From: Candidatus Hydrogenedentota bacterium
Lineage (GTDB): Bacteria; Hydrogenedentota; Hydrogenedentia; Hydrogenedentales; SLHB01
Reading direction: 5' to 3'
Length of the DNA stretch: 64,000 nucleotides
NCBI GenBank assembly: GCA_963674865.2
Contig: CAXXYE010000009.1
Coordinates: 1,152,001-1,216,000 of the forward strand
Positions within the stretch are counted from its first letter, which is position 1. Each line of letters opens with the position of its first letter. Below, piece after piece: positions 37,611 through 47,508 of the stretch. The notes under the pieces were generated by a model. It was not told where the DNA came from, searched no databases, and was given only the letters and a program-made list of their open reading frames with translations. The position numbers were made by a program, and so were the translations under genes.

Positions 37611-38784
37611 ATGAGCATTGACCTTACAGCAGCTAAAAGGCAGTTCGAGGAGCATTTTGGCGCGCCGCCCGGTGTGATCGCTCGAGCTCCCGGGCGGGTG
37701 AATATCATCGGTGAGCACACGGATTACAACGAAGGCTTCGTGCTCCCCATGGCCATCGAGCGAGAGACGGCGCTCATTGCTCGTCTGCGGGATGACGGGC
37801 TTCTCAACGTCTACGCCGCCAATCTCGAGCGGGCCGCACAGATGGAACTCACGTGTCTGGAGCGCCACCCCCGAAGAGCCATGGATAGACTATGTCGTGG
37901 GTGTCGCTCGTGAGCTTGAGCGGATGGACAAGGCGCTTGCAGGGGCCGATGTGATGATTGTCGGCGACGTACCTATCGGGGCGGGCTTGAGTAGCTCCGC
38001 GAGTCTTGAAATGGCGGCCGTCGTTCTTTTCGAGAGCCTTGGAGGCTATTCGCTTCCGGGGCCCGAGGCGGCCTCCCTCGGCAAACGCGTCGAAAACGAG
38101 TTCCTCGGCGTCAATAGCGGTATCATGGATCAGTTCATTGCCCGTATGGGCCGGGAAGGGCACGCGCTGTTTCTGGACTGCCGCACCTACGTGTTCGAGC
38201 TTATCCCGGTAGCCTTTCCAGACGCGACCTTTGTCATTGCGGACACGGGGGTTACGCGCGGACTGACCGCCTCGAAATACAATGAACGCGTGGCGGAGTG
38301 TCAGGCCGCGGTTGAAGCCTTGCGAACCGCCCTCGGGCGTGAGAAGGCTACTCATCTCCGAGATTTCACGATCGCGGACCTCGAGGCGTGTGCGGGAGCC
38401 GTCCCTGAGACGCCCTTCCGGCGGGCGCGCCACATCTTGACAGAGAACGACCGGACCCAGTCGGCCTGCCGGGCAATGCGAGAAGGTGACGCCAAGACTC
38501 TTGGCGAGTTGATGAACGCTTCCCATTGGAGCTTGGCCGATGATTACGAGGTCACGTGTGCAGAACTCGACGCAATGACGGAGATTGCGCGGGGACTCCC
38601 GGGGTGTTTGGGAGCCCGCATGACGGGGGCCGGGTTCGGTGGGTGCACGGTACACCTTGTCTCCCGGGAAGCAGTTGAGGGCTTCGCCCGGAAGCTGCTG
38701 ACGGCCTACAGGGAGCGTACCGGCCTCGAGGGAAGCGTCATCGTGTCGGCTCCAGGACGCGGGGCTTCTGCCGTTCCCTGCTAG
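37611..38784 (+). pseudogene. galK: Galactokinase with one +1 frameshift (likely sequencing error)
   Basis: APGRVNIIGEHTDYN in the first frame; PIGAGLSSSAS and GARMTGAGFGG in the next frame; shift at the C5 run 37868-37872. Confidence 0.85.
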
Positions 38785-38983
38785 AAGGCCGTTTGACTCG
38801 GGGCGTGTCCCTTTGACCGACCTCTTATTTCCTCTTCGTCTCAGCATGTCCTTTCCGCATTTAGTGACCGTAGAGACCCCTTATCTTGACCTATATGCGT
38901 ATTTTTACGCACCCTTGGCGTCTAGATTGGAAATTTGTAAGTATTTATGCATAAGGGATTTATAGTTTCTTTAGGATATTGCG

Positions 38984-39012
38984 TTGCAATTTTGCGCAAC
39001 TTGTGGCATAAT
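38984..39012 (+). promoter_or_regulatory. Putative sigma70 promoter of the pilin-like operon
   Basis: TTGCAA-17 nt-CATAAT with extended TG, inside an AT-rich intergenic region. Confidence 0.5.
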
Positions 39013-39072
39013 CGCCAGTGGCAAAGGGCATATGGGCATTGCCATTGTCGTGGCCCGGAGACACAACGAACA

Positions 39073-39480
39073 ATGAAACGAGATCATCGACAAGCAGGCG
39101 TGACCCTGCTCGAACTAACGGTTGCCATGGCGCTCCTGGCCGCCATCCTTGCCGGGGCGGCGCAGGCCCTCATCTCGTATTACGAGGGGATGACGATGCA
39201 GAAAGAGCGCGTGGCCGCGACGGAGAACTGCCGGGCCGTGCTTAGTGCCATGAGGGACACTCGTGACGCGAACCAGGGCAGTTTCCCCGAGGCCATCACT
39301 TCGCAGTTTCCTGATGGCGGCACGGTGTCCGGCACCACCACACTCGACAATGAGCAGGTTACCGTAGACTACATCGGCACCATCGGCAATCCGCTCGAGG
39401 TGCGGGTCACCAGTCAGTGGCCGACGTTGAGAAACCGGCCTATGTCAGTGTCCGTGAGCACGGTTCTGACGGATCGCTAG
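39073..39480 (+). CDS. Type IV prepilin-like protein (PilV/GspI-like)
   Basis: MKRDHRQAG|VTLLELTVAM class III signal with E5. Confidence 0.88.
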   Translation: MKRDHRQAGVTLLELTVAMALLAAILAGAAQALISYYEGMTMQKERVAATENCRAVLSAMRDTRDANQGSFPEAITSQFPDGGTVSGTTTLDNEQVTVDYIGTIGNPLEVRVTSQWPTLRNRPMSVSVSTVLTDR

Positions 39481-39491
39481 GGGAGACGCAC

Positions 39492-40127
39492 ATGAGAGCC
39501 CAAGGGTTCACGCTAATTGAAGTCCTGATCGCTTCGGCGCTGCTGGTTTTCGTGCTGGCGCTGTGCCTCGTGGCTGTTCGGACGACGGCGCTCTCAATGG
39601 CCGTGGCGGACGCAAGCGCGGTCGTTCAGGACAACGTGCGGGCCGCCATGGACGTCATGACCAAGGAGATCGAATTGGCCGCGAAGACGACGGACAGTTC
39701 GCTTACCCCTCCTTTGCAGGCGCTCACGATCGTGACCAACCCGGCCGAAGATAGTCCGGTCGAGGTGGTCTTCCAGATCCCAACGGATGGCACGGCTCAG
39801 AACTGGTCGTCACCCATCAGGTACCGCTATATCTGCGAGGACGACAATGACAATGGCCTCCTCGAGGAGGATGAAGATACCGATGGCGATGGCACTCTGA
39901 TGCGCCGTATCGTTCGCATCCAGGATATGAACAGCGACGGGGATACGCAGGATTTGGGTGAAGTGACTCCCGTAGGCGGAGCCAACGACCTGAGCGACGT
40001 GCAGTTCACGCTCAACGCCAACAACAGTGTACTCACCATGACGCTCACGGCCAGCCGGCGCGTGAAGGGCCTCCAGGGCGACCCAATTACGACTTCCGTG
40101 ACGAGCAAGGTCTATCTGCTCAACTAG
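39492..40127 (+). CDS. Type IV prepilin-like protein (PilW/GspJ-like)
   Basis: MRAQG|FTLIEVLIAS; acidic DxDxDG loops. Confidence 0.88.
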   Translation: MRAQGFTLIEVLIASALLVFVLALCLVAVRTTALSMAVADASAVVQDNVRAAMDVMTKEIELAAKTTDSSLTPPLQALTIVTNPAEDSPVEVVFQIPTDGTAQNWSSPIRYRYICEDDNDNGLLEEDEDTDGDGTLMRRIVRIQDMNSDGDTQDLGEVTPVGGANDLSDVQFTLNANNSVLTMTLTASRRVKGLQGDPITTSVTSKVYLLN

Positions 40128-40162
40128 CGGTTCTGGGTTCGACCAGCGAAAGGGCAAGATCC

Positions 40163-42415
40163 ATGAAACGACACGATCAAGAGGGTATTGCGCTTCTCTT
40201 CGTTCTTCTGATTGCTATCGTTGTGCTGGGCGCTATCGGCGTGACGGTGAGCCAGACGATGAGCGCGCACCGCTTTTCCTCGATCACCGTCGATCGTACT
40301 CAGTTGAATGAGGTGTGCCAGGCCGGCATTGACCTGGGCATCGAGCGGATCTGGCATCAGTACATCGTCGGAAATGGGAACACGACGGGCAACCTCGCCT
40401 CGTACCTTGTCTTTATCGATGACATTGTGCCGAACAACGAGGATCTCAACGGAAACGGCCAGCAAGATGAAAATGAGCACGATTTCAATGGCGATGGCGA
40501 TTTCGACAGCAATGATCCTGTCGAACTGGTTTCTGATACGGATCCGTATGAACTCGACTCAGGTGGCGTTATCGAGAAACTTGTCCTTGCGCGCACCGAT
40601 GATGTGACGGGCACTACACTCACCCTGACGGTGACGGGCGTGGTGGGGGACCAGACCCGAAGCGGTAGCCAGACGATGCGGATTTCGGGTGCACCCTTCG
40701 CGGGTTTTGCCTTTGCCGTCCTCGCCAACAACATCAACTGTATTCTGTGTCATGCCGAGTTCCAGTCGCTTGACGTGTACCGGAATGCGGATACCGAGCT
40801 TTACGGATCGTTCGACCGAATCAAGGTGGCCTCCCTGGAGTCGCTCATGATTCGCACGAGTGAGGATATTGACTCGCATACGGCGGGCACCGTCTACACG
40901 CGCGGCGAGGTATACAATCAGGCGGGCACCCAGTTCACGAGTTCTACGCTCGCCTCGTCCACGCTGAAGAGCTATGCCTTCAGCTCCGATGACGGCAAAA
41001 TCACGCAAGACGGCAGCACGGGTGAGATGGCCGAAGTGTCTCTCGATGTGGCCGGAACGGACAGCGAGGGGCTGCTCGATCAGTTTGCCAACCTCTACCT
41101 CAATTATCCGGAAGACTCCGACTTGATGACGGATGGGGAATTGCCTACTTCATTTCCCGCGCCGTATCCCGATGATGATGAGGATCGCTATGTCGATGAC
41201 AGCGAGTTCGCGCAAATCGTCAACAGTGCCGGCGGAACGATTACTTCAGGCGTAGCGTATGGCGTGCCCGACGGAACCACCTATTCGGGGACCTCACTTC
41301 CCACCGCCTCGAATTCCGCGCTGGCCGGTCTTGCCGACGGCTCCTACGACGGGAACGTCATCCTCGTAGGCACCGAGAATGACCCGATCACGATTGACGG
41401 TAAGGTGGCCATCGACGGCGACCTGGTTGTGTCCGGCTTCGTCAAGGGCAAGGGGCAATTGCAGGTGCGGGGCAACGTGTACGTTGTGGGTGATGTTACC
41501 TACGCCGACGCATCCGGCGAGTTCGGAGTGGCCAGCGACGGCACCACGAACGCCCTCGCCGTCTCGGCGGGTGGCAGTATCCTGATGGGCGATTATCTCA
41601 CCATACGAGCCAAGGAGAACGAAGGTTATAGGAGTTCTTCGAATTCGGCAAGCAAGTTCATCGACACGCGCAGCGAGACGAACATTGTCACCTGTAGTGA
41701 TGGAACAACCAAAGACATCGGGTATTTTGCCGAGGGCGTTTCGGATCCGGGATGGAGCATGACGACCTCGACGACCTCGACAACCACGGTAGGATTTGGC
41801 CCTTGGAAGCGCACCATTACCACGACTTCCACAACAGGCGAAGATATGTGCAGTTTCACCACCTCGGAACTCATGCTATTCAACGCAATGGAGCATGAAA
41901 GGGCCGCCGCGGACTCGTCGTATACACCTCGCTACTACCGTATCCGGCCGACTCAGCCCATCTATGAATACACCGGTGCCGGCGAGCACACCACCTCGTA
42001 TGACTGTACGGATGTATCCATCATTACGGACCTGTCAAGTGCTACGATTCTCGACCTTAGTCCTGATGACTACTGGATCTCGGAGGATCAGTTGCGCCAG
42101 ATCTGGTGGGATGATGAGATGACACGTCCTGACAGCGGGCGCCCCTTCCAGTTTGACGGGCTGTTGTATTCGAACAACTGCATCTTCGGACTGACGCGGA
42201 GCAAAGACCGGCACAAGTCCAATACCTATGGCCAGATGACTATTCGAGGCGCCATCGTGGCGGCCGACTTGGGCATGTTGGTGCCGGGCAAAGACTTCAG
42301 TACCGTGCGAGACGCATTGTGCCTTTACTACGACAAGCGCGTCGCGGACTTCTTAACCGTTGAGGATACGACGGAAGTAGTCTTCACGCGGCTGACCTAT
42401 ATGGACGAAGGCTGA
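40163..42415 (+). CDS. Large PilX/GspK-like minor pilin with CxxCH motif
   Basis: MKRHDQEG|IALLFVLL (no E5, typical of PilX/GspK); third gene of the triad; NCILCHA. Confidence 0.75.
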   Translation: MKRHDQEGIALLFVLLIAIVVLGAIGVTVSQTMSAHRFSSITVDRTQLNEVCQAGIDLGIERIWHQYIVGNGNTTGNLASYLVFIDDIVPNNEDLNGNGQQDENEHDFNGDGDFDSNDPVELVSDTDPYELDSGGVIEKLVLARTDDVTGTTLTLTVTGVVGDQTRSGSQTMRISGAPFAGFAFAVLANNINCILCHAEFQSLDVYRNADTELYGSFDRIKVASLESLMIRTSEDIDSHTAGTVYTRGEVYNQAGTQFTSSTLASSTLKSYAFSSDDGKITQDGSTGEMAEVSLDVAGTDSEGLLDQFANLYLNYPEDSDLMTDGELPTSFPAPYPDDDEDRYVDDSEFAQIVNSAGGTITSGVAYGVPDGTTYSGTSLPTASNSALAGLADGSYDGNVILVGTENDPITIDGKVAIDGDLVVSGFVKGKGQLQVRGNVYVVGDVTYADASGEFGVASDGTTNALAVSAGGSILMGDYLTIRAKENEGYRSSSNSASKFIDTRSETNIVTCSDGTTKDIGYFAEGVSDPGWSMTTSTTSTTTVGFGPWKRTITTTSTTGEDMCSFTTSELMLFNAMEHERAAADSSYTPRYYRIRPTQPIYEYTGAGEHTTSYDCTDVSIITDLSSATILDLSPDDYWISEDQLRQIWWDDEMTRPDSGRPFQFDGLLYSNNCIFGLTRSKDRHKSNTYGQMTIRGAIVAADLGMLVPGKDFSTVRDALCLYYDKRVADFLTVEDTTEVVFTRLTYMDEG

Positions 42416-42431
42416 ACAGGGAGACGGACTA

Positions 42432-43352
42432 GTGCATAGACTAGTAGCCATACTGACGTTCACTATACTGAGTTGGGGGGGGCTCCCGGTATGGGCGGAC
42501 ACGGTTGTCTTCAAAGACGGCACTGAGGTGAACGGCAAGATCCACGAACTGAACGCGCACAGTATCGCGCTGGAAACCGGCGGCGGGCGCATGGTTATCC
42601 AGCGTTCAGAATTGCTGCGGACTGAAACAAACGACCTAATGGGCAGCGGAGACCGCTTCCAGCACATGCGTTCGCGTGCGGAGCTTCGCGAGGCGGCCCT
42701 CACCAAGCGGACAGGGCTTGACAAAGAACAGCGTGCCCGTGTGCGAGGTCTCATTCGGCCGCTCCAGTCGACGAATCCCGCTGAACAGGCGGAGGCGATC
42801 AGGGCTTTGGTCGCCATGGATAAGGAAGTCGGGATCTACAATTACCTCCTGGGCTACCTACCGCATTTGTCCGATCGCTTCGCGCCGGGTGTGCTCGAGG
42901 CAATGGTGGGGATGGATTCCGAGCGGGCTGCGGCCACGGTGAGGGCACAGACGGCGAGCCCGCGGTTTGTTCAACGCGCCAAGGCCGTCGAACTTATGGG
43001 GAGGATGAAGGACACGGCCCACCTTGATACCATTGCCCGTGGCATGCTCGATCCAAGTTCGACGGTGCAAGTGGCGGCAGCCGAAGGGCTTGGCTATGCC
43101 GCGGACCAGAGGGCCACGCCGGTGCTGATCGAAGGATTGAGCAGTGCGGACCGGCGCCTCCAGAACGCGTCCCGGCGAGCTTTGAGCCGGATCTGGAGTA
43201 CGGATCAGAGTGTATTGGATTTCGGCTCTCGGGAGGAATGGGAACGTTTCTGGCAAGATCGCCGACCTGGCGTTACGGGCGCCATCGACCCGGCCACGCT
43301 GAAGCCTCTCGTGGCGCCCATACGCGAGAACGTTAGCCGCCAACACGAATAG
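42432..43352 (+). CDS. Secreted HEAT-repeat protein
   Basis: Signal peptide, ADTVVFKDG start, HEAT-like repeats (VQVAAAEGLG, ATPVLIEGL). Confidence 0.75.
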   Translation: MHRLVAILTFTILSWGGLPVWADTVVFKDGTEVNGKIHELNAHSIALETGGGRMVIQRSELLRTETNDLMGSGDRFQHMRSRAELREAALTKRTGLDKEQRARVRGLIRPLQSTNPAEQAEAIRALVAMDKEVGIYNYLLGYLPHLSDRFAPGVLEAMVGMDSERAAATVRAQTASPRFVQRAKAVELMGRMKDTAHLDTIARGMLDPSSTVQVAAAEGLGYAADQRATPVLIEGLSSADRRLQNASRRALSRIWSTDQSVLDFGSREEWERFWQDRRPGVTGAIDPATLKPLVAPIRENVSRQHE

Positions 43353-43362
43353 CGGCCTTACT

Positions 43363-44328
43363 TCACGCCTGTCGGCGTGCGCGTCGGGCCAGCGTGCTGC
43401 ACGTCATCCATTCCAGGGAGTCGCCGAACACGGCGTCGATGCGCCGGAAGAGTGTCTCGAGTCCAACCAGGCCGGAAGCACGCCCTTCAGCGAACAGCGA
43501 TTGCCAGTGCGTAAGGATGACGATTGGCATGCCTTGGTTAAAGAGTTCCCTGATATCGCCGCGCCTGCCGTCTTGAGACAGGAGTTTGTCCGCACCATCG
43601 AGTGCTGCACGCCTTGACGCCCTTTGAGAAGTCTGGTTTTGGGTAGGCCAGAAGTGGTCATCTGTCGTGGCGGGCACCGTCACGATCTCTCGGCCCGTCT
43701 TCGCGTCCGCCCATACAATCCAGGGCCAGCGCGCGTTGGCGGGCGTCAGGCAGTGGAGGAAGTACCACGTGCGCTTCCGGCGGTGGATCCGCCACTGAGC
43801 GTCCGCGATGGCCCGGGCGTAGTCGAGTTCGTTGTGTTCCCCGGCGGCCCAGGGCGACGTCGCGCCGTTGGCCGGGAGGCCCACCTTTTTCAGAATACGA
43901 AATGCCAAGGCAAGGTAATCCGTCATTTCCTCGGCGCTCGCTCGGGCCCCCCACTCATCTTCGTACAGGTGATGATAGCCGCGTCCGTCAATGCGGAAGG
44001 CTGCTTGATGCGTGAGCAGCTCCGGCGTGATGTCGAAGCGGGGAGCGATGTGTTCCCGAACCACCTTGATGAAAGCCCTGAGGTGATTCTGCGGGACATG
44101 GGCGAGCTTGTCATCAATCCGTCCGAGGCCTGAGGGCATCGGAAGCACGCTGAACTTGCCGCGCACATTGTAGGCCGCGCAGAGGTCGGCGAAGTCCCGG
44201 GTGAAGGTGTTCGGAACAAGCATCACGCGCTCGCGATCGGGATGAAGCCAATACATCGGATTGACGGCGGAGCCGTCATCGACTAGCAGTGTGATGGGCA
44301 GCGTCATGTGCGTCTTTTCTCGAGTCAT
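43363..44328 (-). CDS. Hypothetical protein, deacetylase/GH57-like fold
   Basis: ITLLVDD, GKFSVLP and THWQSLF; fold assignment tentative. Confidence 0.6.
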   Translation of the reverse strand: MTREKTHMTLPITLLVDDGSAVNPMYWLHPDRERVMLVPNTFTRDFADLCAAYNVRGKFSVLPMPSGLGRIDDKLAHVPQNHLRAFIKVVREHIAPRFDITPELLTHQAAFRIDGRGYHHLYEDEWGARASAEEMTDYLALAFRILKKVGLPANGATSPWAAGEHNELDYARAIADAQWRIHRRKRTWYFLHCLTPANARWPWIVWADAKTGREIVTVPATTDDHFWPTQNQTSQRASRRAALDGADKLLSQDGRRGDIRELFNQGMPIVILTHWQSLFAEGRASGLVGLETLFRRIDAVFGDSLEWMTCSTLARRARRQA

Positions 44329-44349
44329 GGCGTGTCCGGGGGGACTGCG

Positions 44350-47300
44350 TCATCCCGGCGTCTCGCGCTTCCAGACGCCCGTTGGCGTGATGTCCAGTTG
44401 GTCGCCGGCTCCGACGTTCACGATCCAGACATCGTCACCCGCGGCGAAGGCATGGCCCTCTGGAAGCGGTGCGGCGAGATGGATGGCTCCATCTTCGACC
44501 TCCGTAATCGGCCACGCCGTTGTGAGGGCGAGGTCGGCGGCATACGTGCCGCGATAGACGGGCGCGAACATGAACGCTGTATCGGTTTCGAGCGCTGTTG
44601 CCGCCACGCCTTTTAGCCGTGCGCGGCCCACGAGAAGCGCATCCCCCGTTGTCAGGAGAAGTTCGTCGCCTTCCAGGCTAGCGGCGGCAACCGGATGCGC
44701 CGTCTTGCGGATATCATTCTTGAAGTGCGCCACGCGGCCCACGAGGGATGCGGGGTCGAAGGACGCACCATGGGCCTTCATCTTCACGTGGACAAGCTGC
44801 TTGTCAGGTTCTACACTTGAGACAACGCCGCTGGGGAGGGGCTCGGCCTCGAGCCGCTTGCCTTGGACGTGCATGGACTCCCCGCCCGCGAAGAACGCGC
44901 CGGCAGGTTGCCCCTCAGCATCGATGCGTACGACGGCCGCCTGTGCCGCCGTCTTGATGCCGAAGGTGCGCACGTGTTTCCGAGATTGCGAGGGGTCGTA
45001 CATGATCACGTCAACGGCTCCGTCCAGGCGCCGGACGGCGACGCAGATGCCGTGGCCCTTGTCGAGCGGTACGAATTCGGCCGCCTCGATGACGGGAGCG
45101 CCCGCGAAGGGTTCAATGACGCTCACAAACCGGCTGCAGAGTGTCTTGCCCGTTCGTCGAGCGATCAGATATGTGAGGAGTTCCCGCTGACGGACGGGGG
45201 ACACCTGCGCGTTCGCCAGGATGATCTCCTGCCCCGGTTGCTCGAGGAGCCGTATGCGGAGCTTCGCGTCCGGATCCTTCTCGTGACGCCACTCGCCCAC
45301 CCATGAGCCACCGCGATGCCGCCGGACGTTCATGAAGTGCTGGAATCCCGATCCCTGGTAGTCGCCGTAGCCTCCGTCGTATCCCTCAGCGCCTAGAACG
45401 GGGTCGTCGTAGATCTGCGCCAAGGCCACGTCCTCACCGGCGAGCGTCCCTTTGGCCTGCGCTTCCCAGTCGCCGCCGATGGCCTCGAACTCGCCAGGCG
45501 GGCCGTGGAGGGCATAGTCGTGCTCCGATCCTCCCTCCACCGTGAACACGTCGAGGAAATACGAATGCGCATCATCGATGTCTACCATCAGCAATTGCCG
45601 GCGGTAGGTTGTGCATTGAGGATAGGTCTCCGGGGCGTCTACGTCGAGCACGCGGGCAAAAGGGCAGCCCGCGAATAGCTGCACCGTGCCAGCTTGGTTC
45701 ACAGGCTGCTTTGATGTATCCACGGTAACTGTGTTGTGGCAAATCGTGTTCTTGGACCACGTGAAAATCCCGGGCACATAGGCGTTCATGAAGTCCGGAT
45801 AGCCCAAGTCCGGCATCATAGGCTGGCCGTTGGCAAATACGTCGAAGTGCATCCGATCCATGTGCCCATGCCCGCCGTGGAGGCCGTAGTACAACGAGGC
45901 TGAGATGCTGTCGGCGGGATTATTGAGGATTCCCATACCGTATCCATCCAACAGGCGCGAAGGCTGGGGGAACAGCGGGGCGTCGGAGGTGTCGAGCGGC
46001 GGAAGAAAGAGCGACTCATACGATGTGAAGCACGCGTCGCCGGTTGCCTTGAATCCGGCCAGATGACGCAGATATCGCGGATCGCGATAAGCTCGGTAGG
46101 CGGCTTGATAGACTACGGCGTCCTCGCCCACCTTGCCTCCCCAGACATTGCCGCTATCGCCCACGGCGGACGTGAACTGGCCGCAATTGACGATGTCCAG
46201 CACACCGTCGTACAGCCAGTGCATCTTCGGACTGGCATAGAGGTCGCGGCCGGCGAGCTTCAAGGCCTCCGCGATATCCGTCAGATTCCGAACCCAACTG
46301 AAGTTGTACCCGGGCGCGGTCTCGTAAGGCGGGCCATCGCGGTAGACGAGGTTGTACAGGGCATAATTGAGTCCAATGTGGGAGCGCCCCGCGTCGGCCC
46401 GCGTGAAAAGGCCATCGAGCCATTCGTCGGTGGCGCCGTGCTGACGCGCAAGCGCCGTGAACACCAGCGCCCGCTGATGCATGCCGAAATTGCCTCGGAC
46501 CTCCTCCGCGAAATAGGCGTCAACGCCTTCCTCGAGGATATTAGCCTCGATATGGGCGCGGATCTGCTCGCCCGTTCGGCCCGTCAGCGCCTGCAAAGCC
46601 GCGTCGTCATCAATGGTTTCCCACACATTGTCGTAGGCTTCGGCCATGGTGCGCAGTACGCCCGTTTCCCAGATGCTGTTGACGATCTTGCCGCCGTAGT
46701 GGTGGCCTCGAGCTTCCTGCAACTGCCCGTAGCGGGATTGGTTGTGGTAATCCATGGCGGGATAGACTTCCGCGATACGATCCAGCATGACGGCGGCCTG
46801 ATGGGCGAAGCGCCTGTCTCCCGTGAGCACGTAGGCGCGGCTGAGGTCGCCGAGGGCGGGGATGATGTGGTTTTCCCACATCCAATGATTGGCGTATCCG
46901 ACGAGCCAGTATCGCTCGCCGTCGGGGCCGACCCATCCCCAGCCATCATCGCTGTACTTGCCCTTGAGAGCGGACTTGTCTTCGAATCCGCTGCGGTAGT
47001 AGGCGGCAAAGTCGTTGTCTGGGAAGATCCCTCCGCAGACGGGACACTCGATTTTGAAAGGCTTCTTGGGATCCACGATCCATGGGTAGAATCCCCTGCC
47101 TTCGTAGATCTTGTCCCCGCACACCGGGCAGCCCTTCGTACTGACGTTGAACGCCCGGGGCACGTCGGCCGAGGGGAGTAAGTCGCGGAGAGCCTGATCC
47201 GGCCAGTCCGCCCATGCCGAAGCTGCCCGAATGATCCCGTTTGCCACGGCCTTGGCGGCGGGATATGTCTCGATGTTTCTCTTGGCCTGCTCAATCTGCG

Positions 47301-47442
47301 CGTTCGTGAGCAGCATGCGGGCGGTCTTGAGAGGGAACTGCGGCTGTCGCGGTTTTCCCGTGTTGGCTGCCGCCGCCGCCTTTGCCGCCATGCCCAACGC
47401 CGCCAACTCCGCCAACACGACTGCAATCATGGTGAACCGCAT
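44350..47442 (-). CDS. Secreted heparinase II/III-like protein
   Basis: Signal peptide; GHGHMD, DLGYP and HNTVTVD motifs. Confidence 0.8.
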   Translation of the reverse strand: MRFTMIAVVLAELAALGMAAKAAAAANTGKPRQPQFPLKTARMLLTNAQIEQAKRNIETYPAAKAVANGIIRAASAWADWPDQALRDLLPSADVPRAFNVSTKGCPVCGDKIYEGRGFYPWIVDPKKPFKIECPVCGGIFPDNDFAAYYRSGFEDKSALKGKYSDDGWGWVGPDGERYWLVGYANHWMWENHIIPALGDLSRAYVLTGDRRFAHQAAVMLDRIAEVYPAMDYHNQSRYGQLQEARGHHYGGKIVNSIWETGVLRTMAEAYDNVWETIDDDAALQALTGRTGEQIRAHIEANILEEGVDAYFAEEVRGNFGMHQRALVFTALARQHGATDEWLDGLFTRADAGRSHIGLNYALYNLVYRDGPPYETAPGYNFSWVRNLTDIAEALKLAGRDLYASPKMHWLYDGVLDIVNCGQFTSAVGDSGNVWGGKVGEDAVVYQAAYRAYRDPRYLRHLAGFKATGDACFTSYESLFLPPLDTSDAPLFPQPSRLLDGYGMGILNNPADSISASLYYGLHGGHGHMDRMHFDVFANGQPMMPDLGYPDFMNAYVPGIFTWSKNTICHNTVTVDTSKQPVNQAGTVQLFAGCPFARVLDVDAPETYPQCTTYRRQLLMVDIDDAHSYFLDVFTVEGGSEHDYALHGPPGEFEAIGGDWEAQAKGTLAGEDVALAQIYDDPVLGAEGYDGGYGDYQGSGFQHFMNVRRHRGGSWVGEWRHEKDPDAKLRIRLLEQPGQEIILANAQVSPVRQRELLTYLIARRTGKTLCSRFVSVIEPFAGAPVIEAAEFVPLDKGHGICVAVRRLDGAVDVIMYDPSQSRKHVRTFGIKTAAQAAVVRIDAEGQPAGAFFAGGESMHVQGKRLEAEPLPSGVVSSVEPDKQLVHVKMKAHGASFDPASLVGRVAHFKNDIRKTAHPVAAASLEGDELLLTTGDALLVGRARLKGVAATALETDTAFMFAPVYRGTYAADLALTTAWPITEVEDGAIHLAAPLPEGHAFAAGDDVWIVNVGAGDQLDITPTGVWKRETPG

Positions 47443-47508
47443 GACTCCCTCCCGTCGTCGGATCCGCGTAAGAGCGCCCGTTTGGGAGAGTATATCACCC
47501 TCTCGTAG

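Noticed and set aside
38860..39010. AT-rich patch as a sign of horizontal transfer
   Set aside because: It is short and intergenic, consistent with a promoter region; flanking genes show no integrase, att site or abrupt composition shift.
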